A stretch of 64,000 bases of DNA. It comes from Desulfurococcaceae archaeon (GTDB taxonomy: Archaea; Thermoproteota; Thermoprotei_A; Sulfolobales; NBVN01). This document shows, piece by piece, positions 9,489-17,676 of the stretch (position 1 is the stretch's first letter; every line of letters starts with the position of its first letter). The DNA is taken from NCBI GenBank assembly GCA_020833255.1, contig JAJHQR010000001.1:7359-71358 (forward strand). The letters are read 5' to 3'. Below the pieces are notes generated by a model. It was not told the DNA's origin. It was given only the letters and a program-made list of their open reading frames with translations, and did no database searches. The translations under genes were made by a program, and so were the position numbers.

Positions 9489-10303
9489 GTATGGCAACAC
9501 TCAAGCTCTACCTCCTCAAACTGTTTTTAACGGCGGTAGCTTTCTCCATAACCGCTACACTGCTTTACCCGGTGGTCTACATTTTCCTCACCGCATTCTC
9601 GAGACTGCCCACGCTATCACTCGATATCTCATACTTCACTATAGAGAATTTCGTGTCCGTCATCAACGACGCAGACTTCAGGAACTCACTAATTCTAAGC
9701 TCTCTGGTTTCCGGGGCTACGGTGTTTTTAGCGTTGCTCTTCATAACGCCGGCAGCGTACGCTTTCTCTAGATTCAAGTTTAGAGGTAAGAGCACGGCGC
9801 TTTACTCCTACCTGATATTCAGTCAGGTTAGCGGCGGTTTCGGGGTGGCGTCACTAGTAGCTCTCTTCGTTTTCTTAGGTAAGCTTAACTTAGTCAGCAT
9901 ATACGTCTTACCGTTCCTGTACGTCTCAGGCATGGTCCCCTTCAATACCTGGCTCCTCAAAAACTACTTCGATAACATACCTAGAGAATTAGATGAGGCG
10001 GCTTTCGTAGACGGCAGTAGTTGGTGGACACTCATATTCAGGGTTATCCTACCATCCTCTAAAGCACCAATACTAGTGCTAGCTATATTCGCCTTCATGG
10101 GCGCGTGGTCTGAGTTCATCCTAGCCAACCTCTTCGGCTTCAGGACCTTGCCTGTCTTAATGTATAAGTACGTGGGAGCGTACACCACGTACTGGAATAT
10201 GTTCGCGGCTACGGCAATCCTCTACGCAATACCGATAATAATCATGTACATGACGGCGCAGAGATTCATAGGAGAAGCAGTTAGGATGGGTGTTAAAGGC
10301 TGA
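9485..10303 (+). CDS. sugar ABC transporter permease (MalG-like)
   Basis: EAA loop DEAAFVDGSSWWTLIFRVILP. GTG 9485 overlaps the upstream stop (GTGA); ATG 9491 is an alternative start. Confidence 0.85.
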   Translation: MSMATLKLYLLKLFLTAVAFSITATLLYPVVYIFLTAFSRLPTLSLDISYFTIENFVSVINDADFRNSLILSSLVSGATVFLALLFITPAAYAFSRFKFRGKSTALYSYLIFSQVSGGFGVASLVALFVFLGKLNLVSIYVLPFLYVSGMVPFNTWLLKNYFDNIPRELDEAAFVDGSSWWTLIFRVILPSSKAPILVLAIFAFMGAWSEFILANLFGFRTLPVLMYKYVGAYTTYWNMFAATAILYAIPIIIMYMTAQRFIGEAVRMGVKG

Positions 10304-10362
10304 AAACTTGTCAGACCTCCTGGGAACATCACCCCTCAGACGGTTGATCCCTCATCACTACA
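10303..10362 (-). ncRNA. C/D box sRNA (dual guide)
   Basis: Minus strand reads GUGAUGA-12 nt-CUGA-GGG-GUGAUGU-11 nt-CUGA-CAAGUUUU. C box is at 10352-10358, D' at 10336-10339, C' at 10326-10332, D at 10311-10314. TATA-like TTTAAACC/CTTAAAAC lies 23-30 nt upstream of the C box. Confidence 0.8.
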
Positions 10363-10517
10363 GTATAGTAAAGCTAGCCACGTTTTAAGGTTTAAAGAAC
10401 TCTCAGAACGGCCGGAACGCTTTGATGAGGGTTGTGCTGAGTTCAAGACTGCTTGAAAACACGGCCTCAGAACTTATAAGCTCCCTCACTCATGGATTTG
10501 TGGGGGAGCGGGTATTG

Positions 10518-10577
10518 AGGACGTGATGAGAGTTCCCCTTCCTGAGTCAATGATGTGTCCGACATCAACTGATTAGT
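10518..10577 (+). ncRNA. C/D box sRNA (dual guide)
   Basis: GUGAUGA (10523-10529), 12 nt, CUGA (10542-10545), GUCA, AUGAUGU (10550-10556), 12 nt, CUGA (10569-10572). TATA-like CTTATAAG at 10472-10479. The 3' end overlaps the stop codon of the convergent GT2 gene. Confidence 0.75.
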
Positions 10578-11727
10578 TCTTGTCGATTACGTAGAAGTCT
10601 TTTATAGTGGGTGCTCTGAGGATTGATGTGGCCTCGATTAACCAGGCTACGGGAGTTACCAGGAAGTATCTTAACTTCCCTGATTTGTAGGCTCCGTACA
10701 TATACGCTAGCCAGTGATATAGTGAGTTGATGATTATGAGGTAAATGACTAATGAGTTGTAGTAACCGCTCATCACCACCGTAATGATCACTAACGTGAG
10801 AGCGATCCAGAGGAAGGACTTGATAGTTATTATAGCTTTCATCAGGTTTGGGGCACGTCTCAAGTCTCTTAAGACTCCCTTAAACCACCTAGCCCTCTGT
10901 TTCTGGAGATCACTTAAGCTGTTAGGTGATTTAATGCTTACGGTAGTCTCAGACTGCCACGTCTTATAACCCCTCTTAACTAACTCAACGGCTAAGCTGA
11001 AGTCCTCGGCAATCGACGTTAAGTCGATATCGAGTTCCTTCAGGACATGACCTTTGATACCCAGTAACTCGCCGTGTAGTCCTAGGAGAGGCTTTCCTAA
11101 GAAGCCCGTGAAAAACCTGTATAAGGTTAGGTCGTTAAAATACCTTATCCAGTCGATTACGTAAGCCGTGACCGAGTTCCCTTTCCTAGGCTTTAGCACG
11201 GGGTTGAACGCGACGTAACCGAGTTCCTCGTAGTAAGGTATTTCATAAAGAAAACGATCATCTAAAACTATGTTGTCGTCGTCTAAGAAAACGTACCAGT
11301 TATCAGGTTCCACGAAGTAATCGATGAAATACTTCATAGCACGCGCCTTACCTTTACGAAACCTCGCGTATTCCTCAGGAACTACTACGAGCCTTAGATA
11401 AGGATCCGAGAAACTCATCTCACTCAAGTAATCCACTAGCTCAGCCCCCTCATCCACCACGACCCACACTAGGTAATCTCTAAACCTACTGCGCAGATTC
11501 TCTAAAGACTCTCTTAAAGCGTTCTTAACTTTGTTGTTCGCCACGGTTACTAAGACAAACTCCACCTTATCACTCTTGTAAGACTTCCTCTTAGGTTTGT
11601 AAACCATATACCCTACCGACCCGGCGATCAAGAACACGTACGTGACGGATAGGGTTATGTATATGGGTATCATGATGATTGGCTCGCTAGACAATAAGTT
11701 AGTGCCCTCATCCACCATTAACACCAT
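10573..11727 (-). CDS. membrane family-2 glycosyltransferase (processive type)
   Basis: VVVDEGAE, DxD-type FLDDDN, and QRARW (QxxRW) motif. TM helices at both ends. Confidence 0.75.
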   Translation of the reverse strand: MVLMVDEGTNLLSSEPIIMIPIYITLSVTYVFLIAGSVGYMVYKPKRKSYKSDKVEFVLVTVANNKVKNALRESLENLRSRFRDYLVWVVVDEGAELVDYLSEMSFSDPYLRLVVVPEEYARFRKGKARAMKYFIDYFVEPDNWYVFLDDDNIVLDDRFLYEIPYYEELGYVAFNPVLKPRKGNSVTAYVIDWIRYFNDLTLYRFFTGFLGKPLLGLHGELLGIKGHVLKELDIDLTSIAEDFSLAVELVKRGYKTWQSETTVSIKSPNSLSDLQKQRARWFKGVLRDLRRAPNLMKAIITIKSFLWIALTLVIITVVMSGYYNSLVIYLIIINSLYHWLAYMYGAYKSGKLRYFLVTPVAWLIEATSILRAPTIKDFYVIDKN

Positions 11728-11970
11728 ATAAATATCTAGAGATTAAAAACTTAATAATCTTCCTAGTGATTTATAAAAGCAGGTGAGTAGAGTGGGTGGC
11801 AGGCAGAGAACAACGCTTTTCATGATTAGCGAGTCTAAAGAAACTCATAAAGCTAAGAGTACCGGCACCGAAACCCAGGAGAAAGCTAAGGGTAAGAAGT
11901 GATTTTCTATTTTTGCAGAAGCGTGCAAGACTTATTAATCTACGCGTCATAATGTATTTGGCGTTAAACA

Positions 11971-12603
11971 ATGTCATCGAGTAAGGATAGTCTCGGGTCT
12001 ATCTTAGGGAAGCTGATAATCTACATAATAATCGCCGTGGTGGTCTTAGGAGTTCTTAACTGGTTCTTCAATTACTTCATACCCGACCTAGTAGAGAAGA
12101 ATAAGGCGTTGGAAGGACTGCTAGTATTGAGAGATTACCAACCATACGTGTACGTCTTAGTAGCGCTGGTGATCGGTTGGCTGATTGTCTCCTCAATAGC
12201 TTCGATGTTCTACGCCCTGCTCTCCCCACGCTACGGCCCCTCCGCAGCGGCCGCTGTAAGGAGTCTCGTTAAGATCTTGGGTTTAGGCGCTTTGCTAGCC
12301 GGTATAGCTGGCGGGGTTGCCGGCGGCGCTGCCGGCGTAGCTTTAGGAGGCTTCATAGGGTTGGTCATAGGCTTCGCTACACAGCAGGTTCTCGGTCAAG
12401 CGGTTGCGGGGATGTTCCTGCTTCTCGCAAGACCCTTCAAGATAGGTGATGTGATAGACGCTGCCGGGGAGAGCGAGGTGGTCGTGACCGATATAGGAAC
12501 TCTCTTCACGATAGCTAAGAGAAAAGACGGTAACTTGGTGTTAATACCTAGTTCCGCTCTAGTAGGCCAGAAGATAGTCATAAGGAAACAAACTCAAACA
12601 TAG
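11971..12603 (+). CDS. small mechanosensitive channel (MscS family)
   Basis: TM helices followed by the MscS core LGQAVAGMFLLLARPFKIGDVI and a beta-domain. Confidence 0.7.
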   Translation: MSSSKDSLGSILGKLIIYIIIAVVVLGVLNWFFNYFIPDLVEKNKALEGLLVLRDYQPYVYVLVALVIGWLIVSSIASMFYALLSPRYGPSAAAAVRSLVKILGLGALLAGIAGGVAGGAAGVALGGFIGLVIGFATQQVLGQAVAGMFLLLARPFKIGDVIDAAGESEVVVTDIGTLFTIAKRKDGNLVLIPSSALVGQKIVIRKQTQT

Positions 12604-12647
12604 ACCAACTTTTTTAACCTTACCCCCATAAAATATTAGGGGTTTGT

Positions 12648-13142
12648 ATGAAGATATGGATACTAAGAGATTATTCTAGGTGTGTAGGGTGTAGGCTATG
12701 CGAGATCGAGTGCTCGCTGAGGCATGAGGGTCTCGTCTGGCCCGCGGCTTCAAGGATAAGGATTTACGAGTCCGTGTTCGGGTTCCCGATACCCTACACA
12801 TGTGTTCAGTGCGATGATTACCCTTGCGTGGCCTCATGCCCTACTAAAGCCTTAAGCGTTGCTGAGTCCGGCGCGGTATTAGTGGATGAGTCTTCATGCA
12901 TACTGTGCGGTTCCTGCATAAACGCTTGCCCGGGAAGAATACCTAGGATAGTGGAGGGTAAGAGAGCCGTCATAATATGTGATTTATGTGGCGGGAATCC
13001 GGTGTGCGTTGAAGCGTGTGAGTCAGCAGGGTTTAACGCGTTGAGACTAGTCCGTAAGCCTGGCGGGGAGGTCGTTAAAGCATACTTAAGAAACCCAGTC
13101 AAGGCTTCGGAGGATTTAGCTAGGAAACTATGCGTGTTTTAG
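12648..13142 (+). CDS. 4Fe-4S dicluster ferredoxin-domain protein (putative electron-transfer subunit for AOR)
   Basis: Multiple Cys clusters (CVGCRLCEIEC, CILCGSCINACP, CDLCGGNPVCVEAC). 13 nt upstream of aor. TATA ATAAAATATTA about 25 nt upstream of the ATG. Confidence 0.8.
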   Translation: MKIWILRDYSRCVGCRLCEIECSLRHEGLVWPAASRIRIYESVFGFPIPYTCVQCDDYPCVASCPTKALSVAESGAVLVDESSCILCGSCINACPGRIPRIVEGKRAVIICDLCGGNPVCVEACESAGFNALRLVRKPGGEVVKAYLRNPVKASEDLARKLCVF

Positions 13143-13155
13143 GGGGTGTCGCTAG

Positions 13156-15021
13156 ATGTTCGGTTTCTGGGGGAAGCTCCTCGACATAGACTTGAGTAGG
13201 GGTGTTACGAGAGTGGTTGACGTGCCTGAGGAGGTCTTCAAGAAATTCATAGGGGGTAGGGGCCTCGCTACCTGGGTATTGTGGAGGGAGTTGGGGTCTA
13301 GGTGGGAACTCATCGACCCGTTAAGTCCTGAAAACCTACTCCTGATCCTCACAGGCCCTCTCACAGGCTACTACCCGGGAATAAAGATAGTTGTTTCCGG
13401 TAAGTCACCTCAAAGCAACGGTGTAGTCGGGTCTACACTATCTAGCGAGCTAGGTGTTGAGCTTAAGTCCGCAGGATATGACGGGTTAATATTGAGGGGT
13501 GTCTCCAGGAGCCCCGTATATATCTACGTGGACGACGCAGGGGTTCAGATACGTGACGCCACCCCTCTATGGGGTTTAGGAGGTCTTAAACTCGTTAAAG
13601 AGTTAAACAGGTTGCTTTACGAGGACGTCAGGGTTGAGCGCGGCCTTGACACCCTACCTAGCTATATCTACATAGGACCTGCTGGCGAGAACCTCGTCAG
13701 AACCTCAGTAGTTATGAGTAAGCTCGCGCACGCCGCCGGGTACGGGGGTTACGGCGCGGTGATGGGGTCGAAGAAGGTTAAGGCTATAGTAGCTAAGGGG
13801 TACGGGCCCTTACCTAAGGTAAGTGACGAGAGCGGGTTCATTAAGTTGAGGAAGGAGGTGCTGAGCGAGCTTAGTAATAGGATGAGGGTATTCAGGTATT
13901 GGGGCACGACTGAGGGGCTTTGGTACACGGGCTACGTCACTAGCTCGGAGCCTGTGAGGAACTGGACGGAGGAGTGGCATGACGTGAGGACATTTACGCA
14001 TGAGGAGGTTGAGAGGAGGTGTTGGATCAGGAATTTATGGAGTGACTGGGGATGCCCCACCTCATGCATGAAGGTGAGCAGGGTTTTCGACGGCGCGAGG
14101 TCTTACGTGACTGACGGGCCTGACTACGAGATGGGGGCTTATTTAGGGAGTAACTTAGGGGTGTTTGACGCGGTATCCATGGTTAAGCTATCGGCGTTAG
14201 CTGACGAGCTAGGTCTTTGCGGTATTCAGACAGGTAATGTGTTAGGGTTTGCTATAGAGCTTTTCGAGAGGGGTTATTTGACTGAGGCCGATGTAGGCTG
14301 TGATCTTAGGTGGGGGAACGCGGACTGCATCATGAAGGTACTCCACGACATAGCTTACAGACAAGGTATTGGGGCCGTGCTAGCTGAGGGGACCTACAGA
14401 GCGGCCTTAAAGCTTGGTGAGAGAGCCGGGACCGACCTACTGAAGTACGCTGTTCAAGTTAAGGGTGTGGCGGTAGGGGCTCACGGCATAAGAAGCGGTT
14501 TAGACTACCCTCAGAAAATCGCTTACGCCGGGTCCGTTCAAGGAGGGGATCACACGTCGACTGCCGGCAGACCGCTTAAGTCAACAGAGTCTGAGGCATT
14601 CGCCGCCTTCCTAGACAGCGCCGTAATCTGCCTCTTCAACACCGTAGACACTAAGAAGCTAGTGGATTACCTCAACGTAGTGACTGGGTGGGGGTTTAGC
14701 GAGGAAGACGTGTATATGGGTGGTGCGAGGATACTGACGGTTCAACGAGTACTCCTACTACTAGGAGGACCCGACGTCTTCTGGGATCCTAGAGAACACG
14801 ATGAGAATCCTGAAAGGTTTTACGAACCCCTCACTTCAGGACCTAAGAAGGGTGAGGCACCTAAGAGAGAAGAGGTGAGGAAAGATTTAATCAGTTACTA
14901 CGAGGAGCTGGGGTGGGATGAACTGGGGATACCCAGGGAGGAAACTTTATCGAGGCTAGGAATAGAAGAGTTGGCTAGAGAAGTTGAAAGAATTAAGCGC
15001 AGGGTCACCCCTAATGCATAA
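13156..15021 (+). CDS. aor: aldehyde:ferredoxin oxidoreductase family (tungstopterin enzyme)
   Basis: 621 aa. AOR-type N-terminus MFGFWGKLLDIDLS...GGRGL. Overall length and Cys/Gly-rich cofactor region typical of the AOR family. Ferredoxin and MoaD-like neighbours. Confidence 0.85.
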   Translation: MFGFWGKLLDIDLSRGVTRVVDVPEEVFKKFIGGRGLATWVLWRELGSRWELIDPLSPENLLLILTGPLTGYYPGIKIVVSGKSPQSNGVVGSTLSSELGVELKSAGYDGLILRGVSRSPVYIYVDDAGVQIRDATPLWGLGGLKLVKELNRLLYEDVRVERGLDTLPSYIYIGPAGENLVRTSVVMSKLAHAAGYGGYGAVMGSKKVKAIVAKGYGPLPKVSDESGFIKLRKEVLSELSNRMRVFRYWGTTEGLWYTGYVTSSEPVRNWTEEWHDVRTFTHEEVERRCWIRNLWSDWGCPTSCMKVSRVFDGARSYVTDGPDYEMGAYLGSNLGVFDAVSMVKLSALADELGLCGIQTGNVLGFAIELFERGYLTEADVGCDLRWGNADCIMKVLHDIAYRQGIGAVLAEGTYRAALKLGERAGTDLLKYAVQVKGVAVGAHGIRSGLDYPQKIAYAGSVQGGDHTSTAGRPLKSTESEAFAAFLDSAVICLFNTVDTKKLVDYLNVVTGWGFSEEDVYMGGARILTVQRVLLLLGGPDVFWDPREHDENPERFYEPLTSGPKKGEAPKREEVRKDLISYYEELGWDELGIPREETLSRLGIEELAREVERIKRRVTPNA

Positions 15022-15244
15022 GGTATGTGTTAAAGCGATCGGGATTCTCGACGAGGCCGTGTGCTTGGAGGTGGAGGAGTGCGTTAGCGTGGGAGACTTA
15101 ATAACCAGGGTTTTCGACCTGAAGGGGGTTAAAGTGAATCTAGAAGCTATATCCGTGAGTGACGGGTCTAGAACACTGAAGCTCTCTGAAAACGTGTGCT
15201 CCTATAACGAGCTCCTGGTCTTCAGGCTCTTCCGCGGCGGCTAA
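15014..15244 (+). CDS. MoaD/ThiS/SAMP-like beta-grasp protein with C-terminal Gly-Gly
   Basis: 76 aa ending RLFRGG-stop. ATG 15014 overlaps the aor stop codon (15019-15021) by 8 nt. Confidence 0.6.
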   Translation: MHKVCVKAIGILDEAVCLEVEECVSVGDLITRVFDLKGVKVNLEAISVSDGSRTLKLSENVCSYNELLVFRLFRGG

Positions 15245-15246
15245 GA

Positions 15247-15251
15247 TTTTT
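15247..15251 (+). terminator. oligo-T tract after the aor operon
   Basis: T5 run 3 nt after the TAA stop at 15242-15244. Confidence 0.4.
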
Positions 15252-15328
15252 CGGGGAGGTGGCGCGACCCGCTGAACGTTTCGTAAAGCTTATTTTATTA
15301 ACGCTCAGTATATCCGGTAGGGACTTTT

Positions 15329-16852
15329 ATGTACGTGAGCGTGACTCCTGAAATAGCTGTTGAGGGGCTAACGAAGTTTGCTGGCGGTTTAGGGGTTCTT
15401 GAGGGTGATAAGCTTATTGAGGCTAGGTCTATGGGCATAGACTACGCCGTGATCACGTTATATCACCCCGGTGGTTATGCTTCGTATGAGGTGAGTGACG
15501 GGGATCTCGCCGAGGTTGGTGATGACTGGGTTTTATCTGGCGAGAGTAGGTTAGGTTCCTTCACTATAGAGGTGAGGAAGGAGCCCGTATCCTTAGAGTC
15601 CGTGATGTTCGAGGTATCCGGGTCTAAACTAGTCTTGCTAAGGGTTCTGGAGCCTCACTGGGCTGTGGAGCTTACTAAGAAGCTGTACGTGGATAAGAAC
15701 GCTGAGGAAATGTTCCTGAAATACCTCATCTTGAGTAAGGGTGCGGCGAAACTAATCGAGTCTGGACTGTTGGGGCGTGTTGAGGAGATACACCTTCAGG
15801 AGAGTTTCGCCGGTATGGCGGCCTTCGCTCTCAAAGACATATCTAAGGTCAAGTTCGTGACACACTCACCCGGACCCTGGGCACACCCAGTAGTTCATAA
15901 GGAGTGGCTGATTTCAGAGTTCGGCTTGGAGAGACTTAAGGATTGCGTCGGGGACAACTACGTAAACCTAACTGAGTGTATAATCAAGTTAGTGCCTAAG
16001 AGCTATGTTGTGTCGAAGAAGCAGTTGAGGATAATGAGGAACGTATTACCTAGCGTTGCTGAGAGGCTCGTCGACGCAACTAACGGCGTTAGTTTGAGTA
16101 GGTGGTGTGATAAGGAAATACTCAACTACGTTTTGAGGGATAGCGAGGATCTCGAAGAATACGCGAAGATTAGGGGGAGGCTTAGGGAAGAGTTAATCAC
16201 GTATCTTAAGAAGTTAGGCGTTAAGAAATTGCCCGAGCCCGGAACCCCCGTAATCACTTGGGTTAGGAGAGTGGTTAAGTATAAGAGACCCTACTTCATA
16301 ACGAGGTTTATAAAAGATAACAAAGACTTGAAGGCATTCTACGTCTTAGGAGGCAAGCCCCACCCCCAAGACATTTACGGGAAGATGTACGCGAGGGAAT
16401 TCCTCAGATTATCTAGGGAGTACGAGAACGTGGTGTACGTGAATAACTACGGCTTAGAAGACGCTAAGTACTTGCTGAGAGGCTCTGACTTACTGCTATT
16501 CACGCCCTTCCCGGGTTGGGAAGCGTCAGGCACTAGCTTCATGAAGGCAGGGATTAACGGAACTCCCACGCTAGCGTCTAGGGACGGCGCGGTTCTAGAG
16601 ATGATTAAGGACGGATATAACGGCTGGCTTTTCGGGAAAGACATTTCCGAGTTCATAGATATTTACACTAACCCCAAAGCCGACGAGGTGGATGAGGAAG
16701 AATACGAGGAATTCAGCAAGAAATTAAGTGAGGTGGTTAGCATGTACCTCAGCGAGCCCGAGAAATACTTGAGGATTTCCGTGAACGCCGCTAAGACGTT
16801 CGTTAGATTAGCTGATATCAGAAACACTTTATTCAGGCTAATCTCAGGTTAA
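15329..16852 (+). CDS. glgP: alpha-glucan (glycogen/maltodextrin) phosphorylase, short archaeal GT35 form
   Basis: FAGGLGVLEGDK near the N-terminus, and GWEASGTSFMKAGINGTPTLASRDGAVLEM, which matches the GT35 PLP-lysine region (EASGTxxMK). Confidence 0.7.
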   Translation: MYVSVTPEIAVEGLTKFAGGLGVLEGDKLIEARSMGIDYAVITLYHPGGYASYEVSDGDLAEVGDDWVLSGESRLGSFTIEVRKEPVSLESVMFEVSGSKLVLLRVLEPHWAVELTKKLYVDKNAEEMFLKYLILSKGAAKLIESGLLGRVEEIHLQESFAGMAAFALKDISKVKFVTHSPGPWAHPVVHKEWLISEFGLERLKDCVGDNYVNLTECIIKLVPKSYVVSKKQLRIMRNVLPSVAERLVDATNGVSLSRWCDKEILNYVLRDSEDLEEYAKIRGRLREELITYLKKLGVKKLPEPGTPVITWVRRVVKYKRPYFITRFIKDNKDLKAFYVLGGKPHPQDIYGKMYAREFLRLSREYENVVYVNNYGLEDAKYLLRGSDLLLFTPFPGWEASGTSFMKAGINGTPTLASRDGAVLEMIKDGYNGWLFGKDISEFIDIYTNPKADEVDEEEYEEFSKKLSEVVSMYLSEPEKYLRISVNAAKTFVRLADIRNTLFRLISG

Positions 16853-17599
16853 GTCGCCGCACGCGCAGAATACCTCGTGAATAACTGTGTAGAGGGATTG
16901 GAAACCTTCCATCGTTACTGCCGACACAGCTATCATGCGTGTCGGTATCGCGTACATCTCCAGAATCTTAGCAAGCTCGCTCGTTAACTCGCTGAGCAGC
17001 CCGCCCTGGCCGGTCCTCCCCACCAAGCTACTCACCTCGTCCAGGAACGTCTTCTTTAATTGACGTTTAAGAAGGTCTGACTTACTGAGGACAGGGATTA
17101 CCGGAACGTCAAGCCTTAAACGCGCTACTAAGCTCATCAAGTAAGCCACTACGGTTTCGCTTACCGACTTGCTTACCGTCACGTCGTTTAAGTAGATGAC
17201 TAAAGGCAACGCCACCCTCTTAAGCACCTTAATCACTTTAGGTCCTGAATCACGTAGCAAGAATAACTCGCTCAATCCAGGAGTGTCTACGAGGACGTAA
17301 TCAGCTCTCAGCTTCCTCAACCTATTGAGTAGGTCCCTGCTCTTCCCCGCTAACATATCGACGGCTTTAATCATCGCCCCGTTAGGGCCTAACCCTTCCT
17401 CACTCATCAACTTCCTGAAATCTATTAATTCACGCACGTCAAGGTCCGGAACGTAGGGGAGCCTCTCCACCGCCGGGTCCAGATTTACTGTTTTGACGTC
17501 TGCGTTAAGCTCTCTCACCAACCAATCACTGAAAGCTGCTGTGAGGGAGGTCTTGCCTGAGGCGCCGGGACCCACGAACACCACTATCCTCGTGTTCAC
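16844..17599 (-). CDS. GPN-loop GTPase
   Basis: P-loop GPGASGKTS, GPN motif LGPNGAMI, DTPG. GTG start. The 3' end overlaps the glgP 3' end by 9 nt. Confidence 0.8.
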   Translation of the reverse strand: MNTRIVVFVGPGASGKTSLTAAFSDWLVRELNADVKTVNLDPAVERLPYVPDLDVRELIDFRKLMSEEGLGPNGAMIKAVDMLAGKSRDLLNRLRKLRADYVLVDTPGLSELFLLRDSGPKVIKVLKRVALPLVIYLNDVTVSKSVSETVVAYLMSLVARLRLDVPVIPVLSKSDLLKRQLKKTFLDEVSSLVGRTGQGGLLSELTSELAKILEMYAIPTRMIAVSAVTMEGFQSLYTVIHEVFCACGDLT

Positions 17600-17676
17600 G
17601 CCACCATCCTCATAATAGAAACTTAACTTACCGGGAAGTTAAGCTTATCTTCTCCGGTAAGGATTTTGTTAGGGGG

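Noticed and set aside
10400-10475. Third C/D-like motif between the two sRNAs (UUGAUGA at 10422-10428, CUGA at 10437-10440; direct repeat CTCAGAAC at 10402 and 10464)
   Set aside because: Only 8 nt separate the boxes. The C box lacks the 5' purine and there is no C'/D pair downstream. The stretch more likely holds the two sRNA promoters.
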